NCBI RefSeq assembly: GCF_023055435.1
Contig: NW_025963890.1
Span: forward strand, 27,342,001 to 27,406,000
DNA: 64,000 bases
From: Haliotis rufescens
Lineage: Eukaryota
Direction: 5' to 3'
The position numbers and the translations under genes were made by a program. The notes under the pieces were generated by a model. That model saw only the letters and a program-made list of their open reading frames with translations, did no database searches and was not told the DNA's origin. Below are positions 41,601 to 54,116 of the stretch, piece after piece. The number at the start of each line of letters is the position of its first letter. Position 1 is the stretch's first letter.

Positions 41601-43740
41601 GTCACGCAGTTTAAGGCAACTTACACACAGGTATTGCATACTGACACGTTACACACAGGCCCTGCATCCTGGCACACGTTACACACTGGTCCTGCATTCT
41701 GACACCTTACTCACAGACCCTGCATCCTAACACTTGTTACACACAGGCCCTGCATCCTGGCACACGTTACACACTGGTCCTGCATTCTGACACCTGACTC
41801 ACAGACCCTGCATCCTAACACATGTTACACACATGCCCTGCATCCTGGCACACGTTACACACTGGTCCTGCATTCTGACACCTTACTCACAGACCCTGCA
41901 TCCTAACACTTGTTACACACAGGCCCTGCATCCTGGCACACGTTACACACTGGTCCTGCATTCTGACACCTTTCTCACAGACCCTGCATCCTAACACATG
42001 TTACACACGGGCCCTGCATCCTGGCACACGTTACACACTGGTCCTGCATTCTGACACCTTACTCACAGACCCTGCATCCTAACACTTGTTACACACAGGC
42101 CCTGCATCGTGGCACACGTTATATACACTGGTCCTGCATCCTGGCACACGTTACTCACAGAGCCTGCGTCCTGACACACGTCAGGACCGGGTCCTGCATC
42201 CTGGCACATGTTACACATTGGCCCTGCATCCCGACACACGTCAGGACCAGGTCCTGCATCCTGACACACGTTTCACACAGGCCTTGCATCCTGACACACA
42301 TTACACACAGACCCTGCATCCTGACACGATACACTAATGCTCTACATCCTGACACCCGTTACACACAGGCACAGTATCATGACACGTTACACACATGTCA
42401 CGCATCTTGACGCACGTTACACAAATCTTATGAATCCCGACACACGTTACACACGTGTCACGCATCTTGACGCAACTTACACACAGGTACTGCATACTGA
42501 CACGTTACACACAGGCCCTTTATCCTGGCACACGTTACTCACAGACCCTGCGTCCTGACACAAGTTGATCACAGACCATGCACCCTGACACACGTTACTC
42601 ACAGGTCCTGTATCCTGACGCGCGTTAAACACAGTACCTGCATCCCGACACGTGTTACACACTGGTCATGCATCCTGACACCTAACCAACAGACCCTGCA
42701 TCCTGGCACACGTTACACACTGGTCCTGCATTCTGACACCTGACTCACAGACCCTGCATCCTAACACATGTTACACACAGGCCCTGCATCCTGGCACACG
42801 TTACACACTGGTCCTGCATTCTGACACCTTACTCACAGACCCTGCATCCTAACACTTGTTACACACAGGCCCTGCATCCTGGCACACGTTACACACTGGT
42901 CCTGCATTCTGACACCTTTCTCACAGACCCTGCATCCTAACACATGTTACACACAGGCCCTGCATCCTGACACACGTTACACACTGGTCCTGCATTCTGA
43001 CACCTTACTCACAGACCCTGCATCCTAACACTTGTTACACACAGGCCCTGCATCGTGGCAAACGTTATATACACTGGTCCTGCATCCTGGCACACGTTAC
43101 TCACAGACCCTGCGTCCTGACACACGTCAGGACCGGGTCCTGCATCCTGGCACATGTTACACATTGGCCCTGCATCCCGACACACGTCAGGACCAGGTCC
43201 TGCATCCTGACACACGTTTCACACAGGCCCTGCATCCTGACACACATTACACACAGACCCTGCATCCTGACACGATACACTAATGCTCTACATCCTGACA
43301 CCCGTTACACACAGGCACAGTATCATGACACGTTACACACATGTCACGCATCTTGACGCACGTTACACAAATCTTATGAATCCTGACACACGTTACACAC
43401 GTGTCACGCATTTTGACGCAACTTACACACAGGTACTGCATACTGACACGTAACACACAGGCCCTGAATTCTGGCACACGTTATACACAGGCCCTTTATC
43501 CTGGCACACGTTACTCACAGACCCTGCGTCCTGACACAAGTTGATCACAGACCTTGCACCCTGACACACGTTACTCACATGTCCTGTATCCTGACGCGCG
43601 TTAAACACAGTACCTGCATCCTGACACATGTTACACACTGGTCATGCATCCTGACACCTAACCAACAGACCCTGCATCCTAACACATGTTACACACAGGC
43701 CCTGCATCCTGGCACACGTTACACACTGGTCCTGCATACC
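35680..43740. repeat. Satellite array, 30-bp monomer (~270 copies)
   Basis: Consensus CCCTGCATCCTGACACACGTTACACACAGG. Higher-order duplications of ~2178 bp (markers 38221/40399) and ~946 bp (42181/43127). The array runs into an assembly gap. Confidence 0.97.
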
Positions 43741-43764
43741 ACATAATGTTGCATTGGTGCTCAT

Positions 43765-43899
43765 ANNNNNNNNNNNNNNNNNNNNNNNNNNNNNNNNNNN
43801 NNNNNNNNNNNNNNNNNNNNNNNNNNNNNNNNNNNNNNNNNNNNNNNNNNNNNNNNNNNNNNNNNNNNNNNNNNNNNNNNNNNNNNNNNNNNNNNNNNN
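43765..43899. other. Assembly gap (135 N)
   Basis: Run of N between the 30-bp and 39-bp arrays. Confidence 1.
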
Positions 43900-45055
43900 C
43901 CTGCGTATTGATACAACGTGTCTCAGTGTCACCAGATTGAAAACGCATCTAGCAATGTCACCATGTGTCTCCAGATTCGAGACACGTCACGTAACCTTGT
44001 GTCATAAGATGGGGCACACTAGTTCTTGTTATTATATGTCACAACAATCGGTTTTGCATTTCGTAATGGTATCATGTGTAATCAGATCCGTGACATAAAG
44101 TGACGTTAAATAAAGGAGACATTCGTTTGTTTTGTCAGAACAGACAGAATATCGTTTCTGTCTCGTCTTGAAAGAAACCATGTTTAACCTCATATTTCAG
44201 GACAATAAGTGAGCATATTTAATAAAAGTGTTTCCTGTAACAGCTGATCATGTGTTTACGTATATCACATACACCCGCATACCATATAATCTCTAACCAT
44301 GTGTCATCCGATCACTGAACTGCCACGTGTTGTTACCGTGTGTCATCAGTTCCTGTACTCATCTCGTCCTGTTGCCATGTGTCATATTATACACGGCATA
44401 TATCTTCTCGTTTGCATGTGTCACAAATTCAGGACAAAACCAGTTATGTTCCGCGTGTCATCATGTCAGCGCACACCTCGTGCGCCATCATGCCACAAAC
44501 CTCTCAAGGACACAACCTACCATCAGATCCAGAACACATATTGTCTTGTTGTCATGTGTCATCAGATCCAGAACACAGCTTGTCTTGTTGTCATGTGTCA
44601 TCAGATCCAGAACACATCTTGTCTTGTTGTCATGTGTCTTTAGATCCAGAACACATATTGTCTTGTTGTCATGTGTCATCAGATCCAGAACACATCTTGT
44701 CTTGTTGTCATGTGTCATCAGATCCAGAACACAGCTTGTCTTGTTGTCATGTGTCATCAGATCCAGAACACATTTTGTTTTGTTGTCATGTGTCATCAGA
44801 TCCAGAACACATCTTGTCTTGTTGCCATGTGTCATCAGATCCAGAACACATCTTGTCTTGTTGCCATGTGTCATCAGATCCAGAACACATCTTGTCTTGT
44901 TGCCATGTGTCTTTAGATTCGGAACGCATATTGCGTTGCTATCATGTGTCATCAGATCCAAAACACATCTTGCGTTGTTGTCATGTGAAATTAGATCCGG
45001 AACATATCTTGTGTTGTTGTCATGTGTCATTTATACAGAACACATCTTGTCTTGT

Positions 45056-45634
45056 GGAGGCACGGGTGGCCCAGTCGTCTAAGGCGCCGCGATTCGATGT
45101 GCAGATTTGCTCCCATTGGGCAGGCCAGAAACCTATGATTGTGGGTTCGAATCCCTGTTGGGGGCACGGGTGGCCCAGTCGTCTAAGGCGCCGCGATTCG
45201 CTGTGCAGAGTTGCGTCCCTTGGGCACGCCAGAAACCTATGATTGTGGGTTCGAATCCCGGTTCGCCCCGATTATGTTTCTAGGTTTGTCAGCACCATAC
45301 CCGTGCTCGTGGGTTTCACCGAAGTGGTAAACGTCTAAGACCTGCGTCACTTCGGGCTTTCCTCCCACATTAAGCTGACACGCCGCGATATAACTTGAAT
45401 ACTGTTAAAAGCGGCGTTAAACCCAACTCAATCACTCACTCACTCACTCGAATCCCTGTTCGCCCCGATTATGTTTCTAGGTTTGTCAGCACCATACCCG
45501 TGCCCGTGGGTTTCACCGAAGTGGTAAACGTCTGAGACCTGCATCACTTCGGGCTTTCCTCCCACATTAAGCTGACACGTCGTGATATAACTGGAATAAT
45601 GTTAAAAGCGGCGTTAAACCCAAATCACTCACTC
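45056..45634 (+). mobile_element. tRNA(Leu)-like-headed SINE, family C (outer copy), split by a second copy
   Basis: Head GGCACGGGTGGCCCAGTCGTCTAAGGCGCC...GTGGGTTCGAATCCC; tail (CACT)n. TSD CATCTTGTCTTGT at 45043-45055 and 45634-45646. Confidence 0.9.
45160..45447 (+). mobile_element. SINE family C (inner full-length copy) inserted at the B box of the outer copy
   Basis: Complete head-to-tail copy flanked by TCGAATCCCTGTT at 45147-45159 and 45448-45460. Confidence 0.9.
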
Positions 45635-47354
45635 ATCTTGTCTTGTTGTCATGTGCCATCAGTTCCAGAACACATCTTGTCTTGTCTTATGACATCAGTT
45701 CCAGAACACATCTTTTCTTGTTGTCATGTCTCATTAGATCCGGAACGCATCTTGTGTTGCTGCCATGTGTCAGCAGATCTAGACCACATCTTGTCTTGTT
45801 ATCATGCATCATCAGATGAAAGACACATGTCGAGATTTTGTCATTTGTCATTAGATTCGGAACGCATTTTGTCTGGTTGTCATGTGTCATTAGATCCTAG
45901 ACACATGTCATGTTGTCGTCATTTGTCATTAGACCAAGAATGCATTTTGTCTTGTTGTCATGTGTCATCAGTTCCGAGACACATCTCGTGTTGTTGTCAT
46001 GTGCCATCAGTTCCGGAACACAGCTCGTGTTGTTTTCATGTGCCATCAGTTCCGAGACACATCTTGTCTTGTTGTCATGTGCCATCAGTTCCGAGACACA
46101 TCTTGTCTTAGTCATGTGCCATCAGTTCCGGAACACATCTCGTGTTGTTGTCATGTGCCATCAGTTCCGAGACACATCTGTGTGTTGTTGTCATGTGCCA
46201 TCAGTTCCGAGACACATCTCGTGTTGTTGTCATGTGCCATCAGTTCCGAGACACATCTCGTGTTGTTGTCATGTGCCATCAGTTCCGAGACACATCTGTG
46301 TGTTGTTGTCATGTGCCATCAGTTCCGAGACACATCTCGTGTTGTTGTCATGTGCCATCAGTTCCGAGACACAGCTCGTGTTGTTGTCATGTGCCATCAG
46401 TTCCGAGACACATCTTGTGTTTTTGTCATGTGCCATCAGTTCTGAGACACATCTTGTGTTGTTGTCATGTGCCATCAGTTCCGAGACACATCTCGTGTTG
46501 TTGTCATGTGCCATCAGTTCCGAGACACAGCGCGTGTTGTTGTCATGTGCCATTAGTTCCGAGACACATCTCGTGTTGTTGTCATGTGCCATCAGTTCTG
46601 AGACACATCTCGTGTTGTTCTCATGTGCCATCAGTTCCGAGACACAGCTCGTGTTGTTGTCATGTGCCATCAGTTTCGAGACACATCTTGTTTGCATGTG
46701 TCTTAGATGTAGAACACATTTTGTCTTGTTGTCATTTGCCATCGTGTGTTGTTGTCTTGTGTCATCAGATACAGATCGCATCTTGTCTTGTTGTTATGTG
46801 CAATCTGTTCCGAGACACATCTTGTGTTTTTGTCATGTGCCATCAGTTCCGAGACACAGCTCGTGTTGTTGTCATGTGCCATCAGTTTCGAGACACATCT
46901 TGTTTCCATGTGTCATAGATGTAGAACACATTTTGTCTTGTTGTCATTTGCCATCGTGTGTTGTTGTCTTGTGTCATCAGATACAGATCGCATCTTGTCT
47001 TGTTGTTATGTGTAATCTGTTCCGAGACACATCTTGTCTTGTTGTTATGTGCAATCTGTTCCGAGACACATCTTGTCTTGTTGTTATGTGCAATCTGTTC
47101 CGAGAAACATCTTGTGTTTTTGTCATGTGCCATCAGTTCCGAGACACATCTTGTGTTGTTGTCATGTGCCATCAGTTCCGAGACACATCTTGTCTTGTTG
47201 TCATGTGCCATCAGTTCCGAGACACAGCTCGTGTTGTTGTCATGTGCCATCAGTTCCGAGACACATCTTGTCTTGTTGTCATGTGCCATCAGTTCGTGTC
47301 TCGTGTTGTTATCTGTCATTTCATCCGATACACGTCTCGTATTATGGTTATCTT

Positions 47355-47553
47355 TTTGTTTGGTTTGGTTGTTCAACGTCGCAATATTCCTGCTATATGA
47401 CGGCGGTCTGTAAATAATCGAGTCTGGACCAGACAATCAATTGGGATACGATGACATGCATCAACCAAGTCAGCGAGTCCGACCATCCGATCCCACTTGT
47501 CGTATCTTACGACAAGCATGGGTTGCTGAAGGCCTATTCTAACCCGAATCTTC
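47355..47553 (-). mobile_element. SINE family B inserted near the edge of the 39-bp satellite
   Basis: Reverse-complement homology to 13781-13958; tail TTTGTTTGGTTTGGTTG on the + strand. Confidence 0.8.
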
Positions 47554-50269
47554 GCATCTCGTGTTGTTGTCATGTGTAATCAGATCCAAGACACCTGTCG
47601 TGTTGTTGTCAAGGGCCATCAGATCCGGGACACATCCCATGTTGTTGTTATCTGTCATCAGATCCGAGACATATATCGTGTTGTTGTCGCCATGTGTCAT
47701 CAGATCCGCGACACATCTCGAGTTGGTTTCCATCAGATCTGGGACATGCCTTGGAACGATATTACGCGGGACATTACGCGGGATCTTACCACAGAATATA
47801 AAGCACGTGTGACGAGTCTGCTAATACGTATTACATTATGAGCGACATGAATCTGAGTACTCGTAATATGTCAAAAGATAGTATAATATCCATGTGGTTT
47901 TGAAAGAGTGATGAAAATTCTATTTCGGGAATTATACATTCGGTTGCTTAAATGGGAATGACTCCACGATATATTCGTTTTGATGTCGCTATGTCACCTT
48001 TCCCGAAACGCCATTCCACTTGTATGATTCTTACTATGTCTAACGTGATCAGTTCAGTTGATGGTGAAAGTGAAGTTGAGGCGCAGTAACTTGAAGTATG
48101 TGCGTTGTCGGTGTCTATTTTTAGTTTTGATCTCTTGCTGTCTGATCCTGTTCAGACATTCCACTCTGCTTTACCTCGTAGCCTTGTCTGTGACATAGCG
48201 AACCCAGTCTATTACATCATTTGCTATTTTGGACACATGCGTAACTACAAGCAGATGACCGCTACTAAGTATTACAACACTTCTACTTTAGTTCACAGCA
48301 GGTCTGTTTTAAAAATAAAAAAAGCACGTGTGTGTCATTCCCGAAGTATTCGTAACAATGTCTCAGACCACCCAGTATAAGATTAAAGAAAATATGATAA
48401 GAATTTTTTTTTAAATCCTACTTTGAACGCGTTACCGTTCAATACATTGTGACATCTGGCATGAGACGGCAACTTCAGAATATATTGTGTGCAGTCCTGT
48501 GTGCAGTGAAATTTGATGTGACTTTGGAAAAGTGAGGATATCCCCATGTTCAATCAGGGAATAAGAGTTCTATAATGTCTCAAGAGATTTTCTATAATAA
48601 ACTTTCAAAATGACATATTTGTTTTATTGTCGTGGTCTTTCCTCGCATTAATTAACTTCGCATTTAAATATCTAAAATGACTATGAACAATAGGCACGTG
48701 CAGCAATTGAAAGCCTGTATTTATCAAACAGTCTATAGATTTGATATTTCCAGTTATTACTTTGGGGGATCATGTAATGTCTACCAGCAACCATTACAGC
48801 ACAGATAAACATAAATTCACCAAAATATCTCAGCAAAACCAAAGGTTCATTGTATTTAACAGGTGCTTTCCTGTTAATGATTAATAAATATTCACCTTTG
48901 AACAACGTGTGTCTTTAAACGGATTTCAGAGCTATAGACAGGAGGTTATCTGCACCTTCCAAGCATTGGACAAGCATTGAAAACTACGCGTTGGTGTACC
49001 ACAAATCAAACACGCAAAGACACATATTTTATACAAACCAATTTTTGCGAAAATGCATAAAAAACTCTTGGTCTAACATACCTTACCATTAAAAGAAAGC
49101 TATGCTATACAGAAAAGCATTCACAGACACGAATAACGTAAAATACTGTAATAAAGTACAGGTTTAAAATTATGCAGCATCTTGTTTTCGCCAGTTTGTC
49201 CATCTTGTTGGGCTATTTATACATGTGCGTGCATATACTATTTGTTAACGCTCTCCCACCCTCGATTACCCAGTGTGAAATATTTTCTGATATCCTAGAT
49301 CCATCCGATACCAAAACTTCCTTCACAAACGATACCAAGACGTCACAATCTGCATCTCTCTTGTGACACACTCAGCACAGTTTTCTCTCGCTCATAAGCT
49401 TGAAATCAACAATTAATCTAACTGCATCTTCCGAACGAGAGCTCTCCATAGATCTTTTTTTTCAAATTTAAGCGAGCTCTGACAGATGTATCTTAAAGAA
49501 TCAAACTTTTGATAATACAGGAAAGGGGAGAGTCCTTTTGCAAAAACTCCCGTTCCGAATTGTTGTAATTTACACCGTACGCACAAGTCGACTCCGTGTC
49601 TAGTTCTGGTAATATCGCCGCTGGTTTTATTAATGACAATGTAATTTTGATTGGTTGTCTATGTTTAGCATCGTGTCACTCAAAACTAATGTATGTTGGC
49701 GAATGGATCCAGTATATTTATCATAACTGAACGGAGTTAAACTGGATGATCGGGGATGACGCTGTCTATAAAAAGACAAATTAAGTCATGAAATTAAAAT
49801 GTGTAAGTCTAGCATAAATAAAACAAGATAAAATCATATATGCGATTCCAAACTAAAACTCTGACATTCGCTTAAACTGAGAACCACCTTTTAATTGTCC
49901 ATGTTTATTATCTTCCTTTAAAGCATCATTAAAAAAATAATAATTTGCGTTAAAAACCAACAGCTGATAATACCTAAGTATATTTAAATGTTAAAGTGTA
50001 AGTATCGTGAAAAAAAATGATTGCGATTGCGAGAGAGAAAAAGTTAACAGAAAGTATTCAAATGTCCAAGAGAAAGTGTTGAAATCACACGCTCCGTAAT
50101 CGGATTCTGGGCGGGGCCTAAAGCTACCGGCGCACCAACGCTAAAACGAAGGCAACATGTGGGGATGACTCCAAGTCTGTGCATTTCTGAGATTTTGATT
50201 TTCGCACTTTTTGAATAAAACACGTGTTTTTACCAAAGGTCAGGCAGGTTGGACACGAAAAGTATAAAT

Positions 50270-50910
50270 GGTGAGAACATCGACGAGAACGTGTCACATT
50301 AACTACAGAAGAAAGGGAGAGAGCAAATGATATGGCTACTGTTGGCGCGACGCAATTCCATATTGCACGAACCTTTGGTTCCAACCGAGAGACAGTGGAT
50401 CGGCTTCTCAAGAGTTACAACCAGACTGGACACACTAAGTACAGGCCCAGGGTAGCAAACCACGCGTCACAACCCCCCTTTGAGGACGGCTATCTGCGTA
50501 CATTACATCTGCGCAACCGGTTACTGACAGTGACGTAATCGGCCATTGTATAGGCCCCTTCACAGTAGTCAGGAGACTACGAACAGCAGGTATTCGACCT
50601 TACCGACCCTTCCGTGAAATGACCTTGACCCGTCTCCATCGCCAGAGCAGACTCCGTTAGGTCATCACTGAACGACGTTGGCCAAGTCGTGATTTGCAGA
50701 GAGTACTGCTTACAAATGAAAGTTGATTCAACTTGTTCCATGCTGATGGTCGCCTGCATAGCTGCATTGTGGTGTCGCAATTGTTTGATTGCCTGTTCAT
50801 TGTCGGACATTAAAGTTATACTGGTTCTGCCTCATCATCTTTTTGCATCAATGAATGGCATTTTTATTTCATAACGTATTGAAGATTTAATGCTCCTTTT
50901 ATTTGGGACG
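50270..50910 (+). pseudogene. Degenerate Tc1 transposase fragment
   Basis: LTTEERERA..MATVGATQFHIARTFG...LKSYNQTG...EDGYLRTLHLRNRLLTVT aligns by eye with the N-terminal HTH region of the Tc1 transposase at 62105. Contains frameshifts. Confidence 0.75.
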
Positions 50911-51039
50911 ATGTTGTGCCATTTTCAGATACTGTGACTGGTAGTGGGGCGGTTGAGGCTAAAATTGTGCACTTTGGGTTAAAAGCACCAAATTTGGCAC
51001 ACTTATACATTGAACTATTCCGAACATCTCTGGATATGG

Positions 51040-51765
51040 ATCCACATCAGCAGAGCCTCCTGGTAGTAGAAGATGGCTGCCAACATGGCTGAAATCTCTA
51101 ATGATATCAATATATAGTCAATATATCATATCTATCTGATCTATTTAAACATATATCCATTGCAATGCACGCGGAATGAATTGCAGCAGAGCTGTATAAA
51201 ATTAAAATATAGTTTGCAGCGCCCCCTGGTGGTAGAATATCAAAGATGGCCTCCAGCATGGCTGAAATCTCTAATGATATCAATATATAGTCAATATATC
51301 ATACTTATCTTATCCATTTAATATATATCCATTGTAATGCACGCGGAATAGATTGCAACAGAGCTTTATAAATTAAAATATATTTTGCAGCGCACCCTGG
51401 TGGTAGAAAATACAGCATGGCTGAAATCTCTAATGATATCAATCTATACTCAAAATATCATTGTTGTCTGGCCAATTTATACAAATTATCACTGTAATGT
51501 ATTTAGGAGTAATCACAACAATCATGCATATAATTTAAATCCAGTATGCAGCACCCCCTGGTGGTGATGAAAGTCGAAAATGGGCGCCAACATGGTTGAA
51601 ATCTCTAATGACTTTAATATATACTCATTATATCATAATTATCTGGCCAATTCATACACAGTACAATTATCACAGTATCTTTTTCAGGATCAATTGCAAC
51701 AATGCTTTATATAATTCTGGTATGCGGCGCCCCCTGGTGACGAAATCCAAGATGGCCTCCAATAT
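51040..51765. repeat. ~160-175-bp subterminal tandem repeats of the Academ element
   Basis: Recurring TGCAGCGCCCCCTGGTGG...A.ATGGC...CATGGCTGAAATCTCTAATGA at ~51047, 51215, 51386, 51547 and 51723. Confidence 0.85.
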
Positions 51766-52116
51766 GTGATAGTTTTCAGAAATTGCCTATTTGGACTTAG
51801 GATAAGTTGATAAGTTTGGACATGATGAAACATTTTTAAATGACATTGTATCAATTTCTATGTATTTTGTATGATCTATTCGTATGAGGGCTCGGCATTA
51901 TTTTATAAATTGTCTACTGAGAAATATTGCACCTAGTTTATTTAGTATGTCGTGTTCTAGAGAACAATTTAATGAAGGCATCTTTTCCTGAATGAAGTGA
52001 ACTGTATCCATAATATTAGATCACCCCAAAATCAATCATAATCATCTGGGAATGGATTCATATCTTAAAAAACAGGAATGTACATTGACATTATTGCCAT
52101 GACCCTGTGATATCAA

Positions 52117-52427
52117 GGGACACGGGTGGCCCAGTCGTCTAAGGCGCCGCGATTCGTTGTGTAGAGTTGCGTCCCTTGAGCACGCCAGAAACCTATGATT
52201 GTGGGTTCGGATCCCGATTCGCCCCGATTATGTGTCTTGGTTTGTCAGCACCATACCCGTGCTCGTGAGTTTCACCGAAGTGGTAAACGTCTGAAACCTG
52301 CATCACTTCGGGCATTCCTCCCACATTAAGCTGACACGCCATGATATAACTGGAATACTGTTAAATGCGGCGTTAAACCCAACTCACTCACTCATCTTGT
52401 CTTATTGTCATGTGCCATTAGATCCGG
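52117..52427 (+). mobile_element. SINE family C copy with a 3'-appended monomer of the 39-bp satellite
   Basis: Full SINE at 52117-52393, then ATCTTGTCTTATTGTCATGTGCCATTAGATCCGG. Flanking direct repeat (TGA)TATCAA at 52108-52116 and 52428-52442. Confidence 0.88.
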
Positions 52428-54116
52428 TATCAATGATATCAACTTACTTCCTACTTAAGTATGACCAGGAATATCGGTTCAATGTATGTGTTTACGGTTC
52501 TATAATTCAGTTTCAATGAACGCTTTCCTTCAAAGTATCACATAGCACTGTACCTTCCTAATAAACCAGTGAGAACGAGAGAATGTCCGTTTAGTCTTGT
52601 GTGTCACTAATCCACCGTAACAATAATCGCGGTACAGTGGTGCCTGTGTTCTGCTGTAAGAGGGACATATCAGTGAAATGCAAGCCAAGTGATGCTGCAC
52701 ACTTTGAGAAATCTGCTTTTTGAATTGCACGCACCAGGCCCAACATGCAAAGTTCTTGTTCAAGAACGAGGGTCCAGTAGTGAAACAAGGGCTGAGAGGC
52801 TTACTTCGGTGCACACCAGTTTCTGAAAGTGTCTTCTGTATTCGCTTCGGTTTCCTTATATTGTACATATGCCTGATGTTGTAGCAGGGTGGTACACATG
52901 ATGAAGGAAGGAATTCCAGGAGCACAGATTGCAGTTTTTCATCTACTTCTTTCGGGACAGTCCTTAAAGCAACTATTTCAATATGCAAATCTACCAAACA
53001 TGATAAGGAACTTCATCATATAATTCAGGACAGTTCCACTGGATTGTTTTAGCAATTGTATATAATGGTTCATCCAAGGCAAACACATGCATCTGACCAG
53101 GATAGAAATGCTCAATACCCTTTTTTACCACATTAATTGAATTCTGTATCATAGCAACAGACTGTTCGCGTTCTAGAACATTGGCATATGGGCACTTGTT
53201 ATTGGAGGTTATGTTTGTCTTGTTTTCCCAGTCCTACCTTCATGTGATATAAGCAGTATTACTCATGGTCAGGCATTGTGTTAACACTATCTATATCTTG
53301 TGTGAAAGGTCCTTTTACATAAGGCACATAATTACCCATCCTGCTAAACCAGGATGGGGGTTAATTAATATATACTGTGGACTGTTTGGAAATGTTTTTT
53401 TCTTGTTTGTGTTCTTTCTTCAGTCAAAAGAACAACATGTGATGTTCCCTCCCCTTCAGCTGTTGGACGATGCTGCAATAGTGAAATGCTGGTACCATGA
53501 AGTGGATAGATTGCTGTTGTAGAGCAAGGATTATGATAGATGTTATCTTTTGAGAATGTTGGTGGGCATACCATACCGTCGTCTTCATAAACACCACAAA
53601 CTGTGCTATATCTGTTGAAATACACCAGACAGTCATGCTAAATGCACAATCCCATATTGTGAAATGTGTCAACAAGATCACGTTTTCTTGTTTAATACCA
53701 AGTAGACTGGGATTTGTATTTCACAGTCTCAGTGGTGTCTTTGTATTGATGTGCTGGTGCACCCAGGTTTTACCCTTTGAAGATGTTCTGAGATAGTTTG
53801 GGATGCTTGAGGAGTGTTTTCTTTTTATACCTGGTCTTTTAAATTTTACGCTGACTAGAGTTTTCAAAGAGGCATGTTTCAGTGCTGGTCCAATATCTTT
53901 ATCAAATTACAACGTGACCTTTTTGCCTTGATTGTAATCTCTCAGAATTGATGGCAAGATTCGATTCCAGTCTTGTATTGTGTTCATGCAGTCTAAAACA
54001 TTCCCCAGATCTGCCTTACGGAATACAGATCTTGTTTCAAATGAATAAATTTTAGTAGTAAAGTTTAAACATTCAGTAAAGCATTACTTGGAATTGTTTT
54101 AAGCCAAATTTGATTA

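Larger units (their letters stand above)
43915..47750. repeat. Satellite array, 39-bp monomer, two subtypes, degenerate edges
   Basis: Subtype L, TCATGTGTCATCAGATCCAGAACACATCTTGTCTTGTTG, at 44520-45050. Subtype R, TCATGTGCCATCAGTTCCGAGACACATCTCGTGTTGTTG, at 45960-47300. Confidence 0.96.

Noticed and set aside
35691-43740. Many Cys/His-rich ORFs (CVTCVRMQGL, VCNVCQDAGP, ILTHVTHRPC repeats) resembling metallothionein or zinc-finger proteins
   Set aside because: They are translations of a 30-bp (10-codon) satellite in several frames on both strands. Frequent 2-bp indels and stops, and no splice or start context.
44520-45050. Hammerhead ribozyme core CUGAUGA on the minus strand of the 39-mer
   Set aside because: There is no conserved GAAA or stem II/III architecture after it, and the second subtype has CUGAUGG.
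44299-47436. ORFs up to 496 aa with 13-residue Cys-rich repeats
   Set aside because: The 39-bp monomer is stop-free in several frames, so overlapping ORFs arise automatically. Frames switch at indels and SINEs interrupt the array.
15515-47750. CRISPR-like regularly spaced repeats
   Set aside because: The units are contiguous tandem monomers with no unique spacers, there are no cas genes, and the context is eukaryotic.
48680-49480. Possible minus-strand Merlin/IS1016-like transposase relic (SEDAV..., CxxC, NAWK, YFGEFMF)
   Set aside because: The motifs are too short and scattered, and no TIR/TSD pair was found. It needs a translated HMM search.
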